Positions 1-8,489 are shown, counted from the first letter of the stretch. The stretch is DNA of 64,000 nucleotides from a bacterium (GCA_030699935.1 JAUYKS010000002.1:81-64080), one strand, 5' to 3'. Notes: generated from the letters alone by a model not told the origin. Made by a program: numbers and translations.

Positions 1-126
1 TTCGCCGGACTGAACCACGTGGCGATCAAGGTCCTGGCCAGCTACGCCGAGGACCAGATCATCACCACCAACCCGCAACAGCTCGAGGAGCTTGAGAGCG
101 CGGGACTGCGGCCGGAAGGGGGCTAA
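1..126 (+). CDS. C-terminal fragment of unknown protein (5' end outside window)
   Basis: Frame 1 is open from the window edge to TAA at 124-126; no family recognised. Confidence 0.25.
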   Translation, partial: FAGLNHVAIKVLASYAEDQIITTNPQQLEELESAGLRPEGG

Positions 127-741
127 ATGGCGGGTTCGTCCAGCGGCGCACCCTGGGTGATCGTAGGGGGCGCGGTATTCGGCGCAGCGATGCTCATGGG
201 AGCGATCGTCTTGACGGTGGCTTCGCTGGCTGGCACGGGAGGGGGCGGCACCGGAGCTATCGTCGACGCTTCGGGATGTTCCAGCAGCATCGGTACGGCC
301 GACGAAGTCCAGAAGGTCGTCGAGAAGGAACTGGCCAAAGGCAAGGAGCCGCCGCCGGTCCTGATCCCGGCCTACAACGCCGCTTCCTCGAAGTACAAGC
401 TCGGGCCGAAGGGGCCTTCGATCCTGGCTTCGATCAACAAGATCGAGACGGGATTCGGCACCAACCGGGGCTTTTCCAGCGCCGGCGCCCAGGGGTGGAT
501 GCAGTTCATGCCCCCCACTTGGGATGCGTACGGCGTCGACGCGGACAAGGACGGCAAGAAGGACATCCAGGATCCGGACGATGCCATCTTCGCGGCCGCC
601 CGGTACCTTGCCGCGTCCGGAGCACCGAAGGACTGGTATAGTGCCGTCTTCGCCTACAACCATGCGGACTGGTATGTTGACGACGTACTTACGGGAGCGC
701 AGAAGTTCGATCTGCCGCCCGCGGAAGGTTGTACGACATGA
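127..741 (+). CDS. membrane-anchored lytic transglycosylase (MltB/SLT_2-like domain)
   Basis: N-terminal TM helix (WVIVGGAVFGAAMLMGAIVLTV), Gly-rich linker, then the motif GWMQFMPPTWDAYGVDADKDGKKDIQDPDDAIFAAARYL..FAYNHADWYV, typical of MltB-family lytic murein transglycosylases. ATG at 127 directly follows the upstream stop; its stop overlaps the next start. Confidence 0.65.
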   Translation: MAGSSSGAPWVIVGGAVFGAAMLMGAIVLTVASLAGTGGGGTGAIVDASGCSSSIGTADEVQKVVEKELAKGKEPPPVLIPAYNAASSKYKLGPKGPSILASINKIETGFGTNRGFSSAGAQGWMQFMPPTWDAYGVDADKDGKKDIQDPDDAIFAAARYLAASGAPKDWYSAVFAYNHADWYVDDVLTGAQKFDLPPAEGCTT

Positions 742-1262
742 AAAAGTATTTCGTCATCGCGGTAGTGCTTGTGCTTGGACTGGCCGTGAGCCTGGTGGTA
801 TTGCTGCTCGGGAACGGCAGGCAGCCGGCGCCGGTCGGAACGTCGACCCCGGCTCCCTCTCCGTCCGTAACGGCCACCCCCGTAGACAATGGTGCCGTAC
901 TCGAGCAATACTCGTCCGAATTCGGAGCAGCCTACTTCAACTATTCGAGAATCGACGATCCAAAGTACCTCGATTCCATCCGTCCGTTCCTCGGCAAGGA
1001 CTTGTATGCGGAAATAGTCGCTGATAACCGGCGCGCGGGGTCCCGGGCGACGGCACTCAGCAGCAAAGTACTGTCCGCGGAGACGACCGAGCAGGACGCG
1101 GACTCCGGCCGGGTCACCCTGCGGATTCGTTCACGGCAAGGCGAACTCATCTTGTTCAACCAGACCCTCACGTTGGATTGGACGAAACGCGGCGAGCGCT
1201 GGGTGATTACCCAGTTCACTCTGGAATCGACGACCCGTAAGCACCCGTATCTTGAGGAGTAA
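738..1262 (+). CDS. membrane-anchored exported protein, unknown function (TM + Pro/Thr linker + ~120-aa globular domain)
   Basis: ATG at 738 overlaps the upstream stop (ATGA). MKKYFVIAVVLVLGLAVSLVVLLL TM, PAPVGTSTPAPSPSVTATP linker, then a domain ending LTLDWTKRGERWVITQF (NTF2/VirB8-like size and architecture; inference only). Confidence 0.5.
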   Translation: MKKYFVIAVVLVLGLAVSLVVLLLGNGRQPAPVGTSTPAPSPSVTATPVDNGAVLEQYSSEFGAAYFNYSRIDDPKYLDSIRPFLGKDLYAEIVADNRRAGSRATALSSKVLSAETTEQDADSGRVTLRIRSRQGELILFNQTLTLDWTKRGERWVITQFTLESTTRKHPYLEE

Positions 1263-1264
1263 CC

Positions 1265-1924
1265 ATGGCTGACGAAGACCAGGGCAGGGTCGGACAGGCA
1301 ATGGACGCCGCCAAGGCGGTCAAGCAGGTCGAGCAGGTCGCGAAAGCGGGCCGGGCCGCGATGCTGCTGGCGAATCCTTGGGTATGGGGCGCCGGCGTGG
1401 TGGCGGTGGTGTTCCTAGTGGCGACGGTTATCATTGGTGCGGTCCTCGTCGGGTCGGCGCCAGCCAGCGGCGGGACGGGGCAGGCTCCGGCAGCCGGGGG
1501 CACCGCCGACTGCGGCAAGCCTACCGGAACCCCCAAGGACATCATCGACAAGCTCATCCTGCCGATAGCGCACACGATAGCGTTCAAGGACATAACTCCC
1601 GAGTCGGTGGAAGCGGCGAATGACGCCCACTCGAACAGTACGACCTCAGGCAACACCTCGGAACACAAAGGACCGCCGGAAGTGGCTTGGGCGGCGGATA
1701 TCTCGAATACCGGCGCCACGGCGGAGAACGAAAGCTCCATGACCCCGGAAATGGGCAAGCTGGCGGACACGCTGGCCAAGTGTTTCAACGTCAAGTGGAC
1801 CGGCAGAGGGCTGGTCAATGGCTACAAGGGCGGCTACCGCTTCCAATTGATCTACGGAGTCGGTGGCGCCGAGAACGGCGGGAACCACTTCAATCACGTA
1901 CATATCGGGGTTTCAAAGCAATAA
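1265..1924 (+). CDS. membrane-anchored exported protein; possible LAS-type metallopeptidase motifs
   Basis: Internal TM (WVWGAGVVAVVFLVATVIIGAVLVG); extracellular part contains H-x5-D (AHTIAFKD) and a C-terminal NHFNHVHIGV (HxH) resembling M15/M23-superfamily signatures. Weak assignment. Confidence 0.4.
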   Translation: MADEDQGRVGQAMDAAKAVKQVEQVAKAGRAAMLLANPWVWGAGVVAVVFLVATVIIGAVLVGSAPASGGTGQAPAAGGTADCGKPTGTPKDIIDKLILPIAHTIAFKDITPESVEAANDAHSNSTTSGNTSEHKGPPEVAWAADISNTGATAENESSMTPEMGKLADTLAKCFNVKWTGRGLVNGYKGGYRFQLIYGVGGAENGGNHFNHVHIGVSKQ

Positions 1925-1925
1925 C

Positions 1926-2375
1926 ATGCGCAAGAAGATCATCATCACGGTCCTGGTCTGCGGACTGCTCGCGATAAGCGTCGCGGTCGGCGTGGCACTT
2001 ACGTCTCGGGATTCCGGAGGCGAACCGACTCCTGCTCAATCCGCGGTTCCTTCGGTCGTCCCGAGCGCATCACCGTCACCGCCACTCTCCGAGGTCAGGG
2101 TGTTCGAGGAGAGCATCGAGGATGCCGAGACGAAGAACCCCGTGGTCGCCCTGGTCCCGAAACAAACTCTGTACTGGCGGCTGGAGCTACTGGGTTCGGG
2201 GAAGCAGGACGGGAAGCTCGTGATCGACACTACCGTCTATTTGAAGCCGGGTCAGGACAAGCAGGCGATGATCAGGAAGCAGCGGCCGTTCATCGTGCGC
2301 TGGCTGACCAGTATCGGCCAGAAGCCGGGCACGTACATACTGCAGGTAAGGACGGAGGCCCCGCATGTCTATTAA
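1926..2375 (+). CDS. membrane-anchored exported protein, unknown function
   Basis: ATG at 1926 follows the upstream TAA; MRKKIIITVLVCGLLAISVAVGVAL TM, Ser/Pro-rich linker, ~100-aa domain; same architecture as the 738..1262 product. Confidence 0.45.
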   Translation: MRKKIIITVLVCGLLAISVAVGVALTSRDSGGEPTPAQSAVPSVVPSASPSPPLSEVRVFEESIEDAETKNPVVALVPKQTLYWRLELLGSGKQDGKLVIDTTVYLKPGQDKQAMIRKQRPFIVRWLTSIGQKPGTYILQVRTEAPHVY

Positions 2376-2390
2376 GGTAACGGAGTCCTG

Positions 2391-2957
2391 ATGGGCAAAT
2401 ACGTAGGCATCGGGTTGGCCATAGCGGGAGTAATCCTGTTTATTCCGCTGCTAATCGTCGCCGGCGCGTTGGCGTTCTCGGGCGGTGGCGGATCGCCCCA
2501 GACACAAGTAGGAACCGGCGGCGGAACCGTGTCCGGCAACGTCCAGGAGTTGGCGGGGGAGATTCTCGACCTGATCAACAAGGGGAAGGTAACCCAGCTA
2601 TATAAGAGCGGCACGGGTGATACGATCGCTCAATTGAAGCGCGCCTCCAACGGGCAGAAGTTCCAGATGACTTGCGCCGAGCATGGCGGCCCGAAGGACG
2701 TCGACATCAACCCGGACATCCTGAAGGCGATCATCGAAGCGTCCAAGGTCGCTAAGGTCGACATCAGCAACATCACCGATAAGTGCCATACCAGTCCGAG
2801 CTCCAATCACTACTCGGGAGAGGCGATCGACTTGGGCTGTACCACTACCAACATCAACGCGCTAGAAAAGGCATTCAGTAAGTACGGCGGCTCAAACAAT
2901 GGCGAGGTTTGTCCCGGCAGCCAACACTGGCACTACGACTTCTTGAAAAGCGGCTAG
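2391..2957 (+). CDS. membrane-anchored peptidase M15 (VanY-like D-Ala-D-Ala carboxypeptidase fold)
   Basis: N-terminal TM (VGIGLAIAGVILFIPLLIVAGALAF); NHYSGEAIDL (SxHxxGxAxD) and QHWHYDF (E/Q-x-WH) zinc-binding motifs of the M15 VanY/VanX superfamily. Confidence 0.6.
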   Translation: MGKYVGIGLAIAGVILFIPLLIVAGALAFSGGGGSPQTQVGTGGGTVSGNVQELAGEILDLINKGKVTQLYKSGTGDTIAQLKRASNGQKFQMTCAEHGGPKDVDINPDILKAIIEASKVAKVDISNITDKCHTSPSSNHYSGEAIDLGCTTTNINALEKAFSKYGGSNNGEVCPGSQHWHYDFLKSG

Positions 2958-3014
2958 GTCGGTTTCGCCGGTTTCGTCGTGGCCGCGCATAAGTCCCTCT
3001 GCTACTCTGGGGGC

Positions 3015-3374
3015 ATGAGTCCCGCCTCGCGCCCAACCGCCAAGAAGAAGCTCGTGCTCGCGATCGTCGGCAAGGACGACGCCGAAAAGACCGTCGCCAC
3101 GCTGACCAAGCAGGACTTCCGGGCCACCCGGATCGATTCGGTCGGCGGGTTCTTGAAGGAGAAGAACGCGATCATCCTGGTCGGCACCGAGCCGAAGCAC
3201 GTCAAGCAGGTCTGCGAGATCGTCAGCAAGGGCGCCAAGAGCCATAAGGAGACGCTGGCCCCGACCCCGACGATGGGCGGGCCGGGCGACTTCTATATGG
3301 CCGATCCGGTGGACGTGACCGTCGGCGGGGCGACCGTCTTCGTGCTCGACGTCGACCAGTTCAAGCGGCTTTAG
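3015..3374 (+). CDS. darA: cyclic-di-AMP receptor DarA/PstA (PII-like, YaaQ family)
   Basis: KKKLVLAIVGKDDAEKTVATLTKQDFRATRIDSVGGFLKEKNAIILVGTE...PTPTMGGPGDFYMADPVDVTVGGATVFVLDVDQFKRL is collinear with B. subtilis DarA (LIVAIVQDQD...FRATKLATTGGFL...PITPMGG..Y...VEV.VGGATVFV..VD.F). Start chosen at the in-frame ATG 3015; the track ORF starts at 2979. Confidence 0.7.
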   Translation: MSPASRPTAKKKLVLAIVGKDDAEKTVATLTKQDFRATRIDSVGGFLKEKNAIILVGTEPKHVKQVCEIVSKGAKSHKETLAPTPTMGGPGDFYMADPVDVTVGGATVFVLDVDQFKRL

Positions 3375-3399
3375 GGCCTCGCGGCTCTCGCCGCGGGCC

Positions 3400-3720
3400 T
3401 TAGGTGATCTGATCCTCGCCGCGAGCGAGCCCCGGCGCCACCCGCGCCCGGAGTTTGGTGACCGTCTTTTTGCCCAGCTCCGTGTTGGTATGGTCGACGA
3501 CCTCGTCGGCGGCCGCGGTCAGTTCGTGGGACCAGGCGGGGCTGATCACCGCGACGTTCACCGTCCCATTCTTGAACGAAACCGCGCGCATCGGCACCCC
3601 GTGGTCGAAGGCCTTCCCGAGCGCCGCGTCGCACGCCCGGCAGACCGCGCTGGCTTCCACGGGCTTCCGGATCCGGAGCCGGTTCAGCCGATCGGGCAAC
3701 AGGTCCGAGACCTTACGCAT
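3400..3720 (-). CDS. DUF721 protein (Zn-ribbon/RNA-binding-like protein that follows recF)
   Basis: ~106 aa, directly downstream of recF with 8-bp overlap; conserved core RAVSFKNGTVNVAVISPAWSHELTAAADEV typical of DUF721; classic dnaA-dnaN-recF-DUF721 synteny. Confidence 0.6.
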   Translation of the reverse strand: MRKVSDLLPDRLNRLRIRKPVEASAVCRACDAALGKAFDHGVPMRAVSFKNGTVNVAVISPAWSHELTAAADEVVDHTNTELGKKTVTKLRARVAPGLARGEDQIT

Positions 3721-4852
3721 TCGGCCGCTCCTTCGCGGGCTTCTCGTGCTGCCCGTCCGTCCGTTCCTTTGGACTGATCTCGATTACCTCCGCGCCTTGG
3801 CGCAGAGAGTCCGGCACCTCGGACGCTTCCGGCGTAGTGATGATCGTCTGGCCCGCCGGCAGGGCGCCTTGCAGAGACTCGGCCCGGGCCGCGTCGAGCT
3901 CCGAGAAGACATCATCGAGCAGCAGGATCGGTTCGCGCTCGGTGATTTTCGCCAGCCAAGCGGTCTCCGCCAACCGCCAGGCCAGAGCGGCGCTCCGGAA
4001 CTCGCCGCCGGAGCCGAACGAGTTAAGCGCCCGTCCGTCCAGCAGGATGGTCCAATCGTCGCGGTGCGGTCCGGCCGTGGTGGTACCGACGGCAATGTCC
4101 TGCCCGCGTCGGGAGCCGAGCAGCGCCTCGAAGTCCGCGATCGGCTCGTACGCGATCGACAGCCGGCCCCGGGCGTGGCCCGAGCGTTTCGTCAGCGAGT
4201 CGTACGCCTGTTGCAGCGCGGCGGCCGACGCCGCGAAGAATTCCATCCGGCCGGCGATCACCCGATCCCCGGCTTCGGCCAATTGCACGTCCCAGACGTC
4301 CAGCTCGGCCTCGGTCGATTCGCGCGCCGCGATCTGTTCGAGCAGCCGGTTCCGCGACGCCAGCGCGCGGTTGAACTTGGCGAGCGCTTCTTGATAAGCG
4401 GCCGCTCCCTGGCCGAGTATCAGGTCGAGCGTCCGGCGGCGGCGGCCCGGCGAGCCGTCCACCAACCGACGGTCCTCGGCGGAGAATAGCACCATCGGGA
4501 AGCGGCGGCGCAGTTCCTTGGTCGGCCTCGCTTTGCCGTCGAGTTCGAACGACTTCTTGATCACCCGCCCGGAGGCATCGAGCGTGATCGCCGCTTTGTG
4601 ACGAGTGATGGAGGGCCCGCCGGCGAACGTCGCCTCGACCCGCGCTTGCGATTCGCCCCAGCTCACCATTTCCGATTCGCGGCCGGCTCGGAAGCTCTTG
4701 CCGGCCGAGAACAGGAACGCCGCCTCAAGCAAGTTCGTCTTGCCCGCCGCGTTCGGCCCGACGATCACCGTCCGCTCGGGAAACGCGAAGTCCGCCTTCC
4801 GGTAGTTCCGGAAGTTACGGAGAGTCAGTTTGGCGAGTTCGAGTTCGATGGT
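3713..4852 (-). CDS. recF: DNA replication and repair protein RecF
   Basis: Walker A GPNAAGKTNLLEA, LTLRNFRNY N-terminal signature, and a C-terminal LLLDDVFSELD-type motif. The track begins at an internal GTG (4768); the frame is open up to the TAG at 4859-4861 and the RecF N-terminus (..IELELAKLTLRNFRNY) lies upstream of that GTG with no ATG/GTG/TTG available, so the start is uncertain (ATC 4849 or CTG 4828). Confidence 0.8.
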   Translation of the reverse strand, partial: TIELELAKLTLRNFRNYRKADFAFPERTVIVGPNAAGKTNLLEAAFLFSAGKSFRAGRESEMVSWGESQARVEATFAGGPSITRHKAAITLDASGRVIKKSFELDGKARPTKELRRRFPMVLFSAEDRRLVDGSPGRRRRTLDLILGQGAAAYQEALAKFNRALASRNRLLEQIAARESTEAELDVWDVQLAEAGDRVIAGRMEFFAASAAALQQAYDSLTKRSGHARGRLSIAYEPIADFEALLGSRRGQDIAVGTTTAGPHRDDWTILLDGRALNSFGSGGEFRSAALAWRLAETAWLAKITEREPILLLDDVFSELDAARAESLQGALPAGQTIITTPEASEVPDSLRQGAEVIEISPKERTDGQHEKPAKERPNA

Positions 4853-4853
4853 T

Positions 4854-5426
4854 TCAGTCTACCGCGTTCTCGAGAGTGATCGGTTCGGCGCAATCGGCGT
4901 CGAAGACCAACGCCTCTTCCGCGATCGCTCTGCTTTGGTCCCGATACATTTTTGTCCACCAGTCCGCGGCTTCGACCTTACCGTCATTCCGAAGCGTGGA
5001 CACAGCCAGGGCGGTTTCCACCGTGTACCCCGATCCGGCGGAAGGCTCTGCTTCAAGATCGGTGACATTTCCCGAGATCACTCGTTGCACTTCGTTCGAT
5101 GTGGTCAGAAGCACCGTCCCAACCCATTGCTCACGAATCGCGCTCGGGGCTCCCCCGTCGGGAACATCAGTAATCCTGATTAGCGTGAAAAACTCCTGCT
5201 CCGGGTCTCTTCCGGATTCGATCCGAAACGCATCAAGCCACTGCGCGCTACCGAAGATGCCCAGTACTTCCTCCGGAAACCGGTCCATTTGCTCGATAAG
5301 ACGTACCATCCTTTCGCGGGCTTCCTCGATTGACTCAATGGTCCGATCCGCGCTGGCAATCCCGGAAGAAACCATCCTTTCGATGAATTCGTCCGCCCTT
5401 TGTTCCGCTGTTTTATCAGCACTCAT
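4854..5426 (-). CDS. hypothetical acidic protein inserted between dnaN and recF
   Basis: 190-aa ORF (MSADKTAEQRADEFIERMV...) tightly packed between dnaN and recF; no recognisable motif. Confidence 0.45.
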   Translation of the reverse strand: MSADKTAEQRADEFIERMVSSGIASADRTIESIEEARERMVRLIEQMDRFPEEVLGIFGSAQWLDAFRIESGRDPEQEFFTLIRITDVPDGGAPSAIREQWVGTVLLTTSNEVQRVISGNVTDLEAEPSAGSGYTVETALAVSTLRNDGKVEAADWWTKMYRDQSRAIAEEALVFDADCAEPITLENAVD

Positions 5427-5432
5427 ATTGGG

Positions 5433-6524
5433 TCACACCCGCAGCGGCATCACTACGTAGAGGTAGTCCTTGGCCTTGCCGCGGACCACGCAGGGATTGA
5501 GCTTGCCGTCGCTTTCGAGCGTGATCGTATCGCCGCCGACGGCGTTGAGGCCGTCCAGTAGGTACCGCGCGTTGAACGCGACCGTGTTCTCTGGGCCGCT
5601 GACCTTGGCCGGGATCGAGCTGTGCGAATCGCCGACCTGGGCGGTCTCGGCCGCCACCTCGACCTTGCCGGGCGCCACGAACGAGATCTTCACTCCGAAG
5701 CCGGCGTCCTCGGAAAACAGCGAGGCGATCCGGATCTTACCCATCAGCTCGTCGCGCTTCACGACCGCCTTGGTGGTCAGTTTCTCGGGGATGATCTGGT
5801 CGTACTTCGGGAACTCACCCTCGAGCAACCGGCTGACCAGCCGGACGTGGTCGGTCTCGAACTGGACTTGGTTCTCGGCGGTGCGGACCGTCACTTCCTC
5901 GGTCTCGACGATCCGGCCGAGCTCCAGCAACGCCTTGGCCGGCACTACCACCTTCAATTCCTCCGGCGCGGACTTCTCGAAGCGCATCGACAGTTCCGCC
6001 AGCCGATAGCTGTCGGTGGCCGCGACTTTGAGCTCCGGGTCCTTGAAGTAGAACAGCACGCCGGAAAGGATCGGCCGGGTCTCGTCCGAAGCGGCCGCGA
6101 TCGCGACCTTCTGGATGATGTCCTTGATGCCGCCCGCCGACATGGTGACCGACTTGCCTTCCTTCACTTCCGGAATGACTGGGAACTCGCTGGCGGCAAT
6201 CCCGTTGATCGTCGACTGCGCGCCGGTGCTCTTGATCACCAGCGTCTGCTCCTTCGTCGAGAGCTCCAGCTTTTCCTCGCCGAGATTATTCACATAGTCG
6301 TTCAGTAACCGGGCCGGAACCGTGATCGATCCTTCCTTCTCGATCTTCGCACCGATCGAGTAGTCGATCCCTAGCTCCAAGTTCGTCGCGGAAATCCGGA
6401 GGCGCCCATCCTTCGTCTCAAGCAACACGTTCGCCAATACCGACAACGTGCCGCGCGGGTTCACCATCCGGCTTACTATGCCGAGTGCTTTAGCGAATTG
6501 ATCTTGGGTAGTGACTAACTTCAT
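5433..6524 (-). CDS. dnaN: DNA polymerase III beta sliding clamp
   Basis: 363 aa; MKLVTTQDQFAKAL..LANVLLETKDGRLRISATNLELGI.. three-domain clamp pattern; downstream of dnaA. Confidence 0.9.
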   Translation of the reverse strand: MKLVTTQDQFAKALGIVSRMVNPRGTLSVLANVLLETKDGRLRISATNLELGIDYSIGAKIEKEGSITVPARLLNDYVNNLGEEKLELSTKEQTLVIKSTGAQSTINGIAASEFPVIPEVKEGKSVTMSAGGIKDIIQKVAIAAASDETRPILSGVLFYFKDPELKVAATDSYRLAELSMRFEKSAPEELKVVVPAKALLELGRIVETEEVTVRTAENQVQFETDHVRLVSRLLEGEFPKYDQIIPEKLTTKAVVKRDELMGKIRIASLFSEDAGFGVKISFVAPGKVEVAAETAQVGDSHSSIPAKVSGPENTVAFNARYLLDGLNAVGGDTITLESDGKLNPCVVRGKAKDYLYVVMPLRV

Positions 6525-6782
6525 ACACAGGTCCTGGTCGGAATTATCTAATGCACACCCCAGACAATTCCCTTCTTATATATATCCAGTTGTTGTAGTA
6601 GGTATTGGGGAAACTGGGGAAAGCGCTGGAAAGTGTCTTTATCATAACCAATCGCTATCCCCACGCCCATGTGGATGACTGGTTAGAAAAAAGTGGGTTA
6701 AAAACGCAGGACGCTCGGCGCCCGATTTCACCCACAGAAACGATTCCGTGATTCACAGCTGATTCCCAGGTTGTAAACATAG
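6525..6782. other. putative oriC segment (dnaA-dnaN intergenic): DnaA-box-like motifs plus AT-rich stretch
   Basis: Inverted pair ctatcccca(6655-6663)...tgtggatga(6670-6678), each 1-2 mismatches from TTATCCACA/TGTGGATAA; ttatccata at 6783-6791; relatively AT-rich 6541-6600 (ttcttatatatatccagttgttgtagta) as a candidate DUE in an otherwise ~67% GC region. Confidence 0.5.
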
Positions 6783-8195
6783 TTATCCATAGAGCCGTTC
6801 CTTGATCAGGCTCAGTTCGCGGCGGAGCGGCTCGTCCACCTCGGTGGCGTGGCCGATTTTCCCGACGGCATGGATAGCGGTCGTATGATCGCGACCCCCG
6901 AGCTCCCGGCCAATCTTCGGATAGGAAAGATTCGACTCCTCGCGCAGCAGGTACATCACCATCTGGCGCGGCTTGACGATTTCCTTGAGCCGCTTCGGGC
7001 CCTTCAGGTCCTCGACGCTGACGTCGTAGAACCGGGAGACGGCCTCGAGCACTTGGTCGCAGGAGACCTTCTTGTGCTCGCGCGAGGCCAGCATCGATCC
7101 GAGTACCCGCTCGGCCAACTCGACCGACATCGGCTCGCCGATCAACTCGGCGTTAGCGGCCACCCGGATCAGCGCTCCTTCGAGCTCGCGGACGTTCTGC
7201 TGGAACGACTTGGCGATGAACTCGCAGACTTCGTCGGAAATGTCGTAGCCGCGCTCCCGGGCCTTGGTGCGAAGGATCGCGATGCGGGTCTCGAGCTCCG
7301 GCGGCCCGAGGTCGGCGATCATGCCCATCGTAAGGCGGCTCATCAGCCGTTCCTCAAGCGTAGCGATCGCCTTCGGCGGACGGTCGGAGGTCAGGACGAT
7401 CTGCTTCTCGGAGTCCTTGAGCGCGTTGAAGGTATGGAAGAATTCCTCCTGGGTCTGGACCTTTCCGGCCATGAACTGGATGTCATCGATCATCAGCACG
7501 TCGACCTTGCGGTAGCGGCTCTTGAGGCGGGCGGTCTTGTTGGCTTGGATCGCCGAGATCACCTCGTTGGTGAACTTCTCGGCGGTGACGTAGAGCACTT
7601 CCTTGTCGGTGGTGCGCCGGATCTCGGTGCCGATGGCACGGATCAAGTGGGTTTTGCCGAGACCGACCGGGCCGTAGATGAACAGCGGGTTGTAGGTAGT
7701 GCCGGGACTTTGGGCGACGGCCTTGGCCGCGGCGTGCGCGAGCTGGTTGGAGCTCGAGACGACGAAGTTGTCGAAAGTGCAGCGGACCTGCGGGATCGGT
7801 TTGCTAGAGCCGAGCGACCTGGACATCTCCGAAGCTTCTTGAAATTCGTCGGCTTCGGAATCGGCATCGGTCCCCGCGTTGAAATTCACGTTGGCTCCGG
7901 CTCCGACCCCGGCTCCGGCCGCGGCTGCTGGTCCGGCCGCCGCGGTTTCCGGACGGCCGATCTTGAAGTCGAGCTTGGTCACTTCTGGCACCTGCTTCTT
8001 CAGGGCGGCGAGGATGTCCTCGTTGAATTTCCGGTTCAGCCACTCCTTGGCGAAGACGCTCGGGACCAGGACCTGGGCGGTCGTGCCGCGGACGGCGAGC
8101 AGTTCGGTGTTCTTGAGCCACGTCGAGAAATTCGGACGCGACATGGTCACTTGAAGTTCACCAAGAACGGCCTGCCAGATTTTTTTGGAGTCCAT
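6783..8195 (-). CDS. dnaA: chromosomal replication initiator DnaA
   Basis: 470 aa; AAA+ Walker A IYGPVGLGKTHL; C-terminal DNA-binding domain (..DHTTAIHAVGKI..); N-terminal DnaA domain I; divergent from rpmH. Confidence 0.92.
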   Translation of the reverse strand: MDSKKIWQAVLGELQVTMSRPNFSTWLKNTELLAVRGTTAQVLVPSVFAKEWLNRKFNEDILAALKKQVPEVTKLDFKIGRPETAAAGPAAAAGAGVGAGANVNFNAGTDADSEADEFQEASEMSRSLGSSKPIPQVRCTFDNFVVSSSNQLAHAAAKAVAQSPGTTYNPLFIYGPVGLGKTHLIRAIGTEIRRTTDKEVLYVTAEKFTNEVISAIQANKTARLKSRYRKVDVLMIDDIQFMAGKVQTQEEFFHTFNALKDSEKQIVLTSDRPPKAIATLEERLMSRLTMGMIADLGPPELETRIAILRTKARERGYDISDEVCEFIAKSFQQNVRELEGALIRVAANAELIGEPMSVELAERVLGSMLASREHKKVSCDQVLEAVSRFYDVSVEDLKGPKRLKEIVKPRQMVMYLLREESNLSYPKIGRELGGRDHTTAIHAVGKIGHATEVDEPLRRELSLIKERLYG

Positions 8196-8331
8196 AGATG
8201 AGGTTTTGATAAGACAGCGGATCGGTCGTGGAATCGGTTGGTGCTGTCGGCTTTAGCAATGATAACAGAGCTATCCACAGGATACACGACTCTCCTTGGC
8301 CGGGTCGCGGACGGCACGGTACACTGGACGG
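8196..8331. other. dnaA upstream region with DnaA box / divergent rpmH promoter region (second oriC-like segment)
   Basis: ctatccaca at 8271-8279 (1 mismatch to TTATCCACA), tgataa half-site at 8260-8265, ttttgataa at 8205-8213. Confidence 0.4.
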
Positions 8332-8475
8332 GTGGTTAAACGAACTTATCAACCGTCCAAGCGTCGGCGGGCCCGCAAACACGGGTTCCGGAAGCGCATG
8401 CGGACGAAAGACGGCCAACAGGTCTTGGCCCGGCGGCGGGCCAAAGGGCGCCAGCGCCTGACGGTGTCCGGGTGA
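8332..8475 (+). CDS. rpmH: 50S ribosomal protein L34
   Basis: Below the track's 60-aa cut-off; GTG 8332 then [46 protein letters not shown], a near-canonical L34 sequence; TGA at 8473-8475. Confidence 0.9.
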   Translation: MVKRTYQPSKRRRARKHGFRKRMRTKDGQQVLARRRAKGRQRLTVSG

Positions 8476-8489
8476 TCGCGGGAGCGGTG

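Noticed and set aside
3455-4489. Long antisense ORFs in the six-frame track, for example 3455..4489(+) opposite recF, 6849..8201(+) opposite dnaA, 8336..10090(-) opposite rnpA-yidC, 10087..11355(-), 14031..15230(-), 24665..27124(-), 31162..33159(-), 37293..39311(+), 47531..48910(-), 53154..55673(+)
   Set aside because: The high GC content suppresses stop codons on the non-coding strand. These ORFs have Arg/Pro/Gly-rich low-complexity translations, lack motifs, and each lies fully opposite a gene with clear family signatures.
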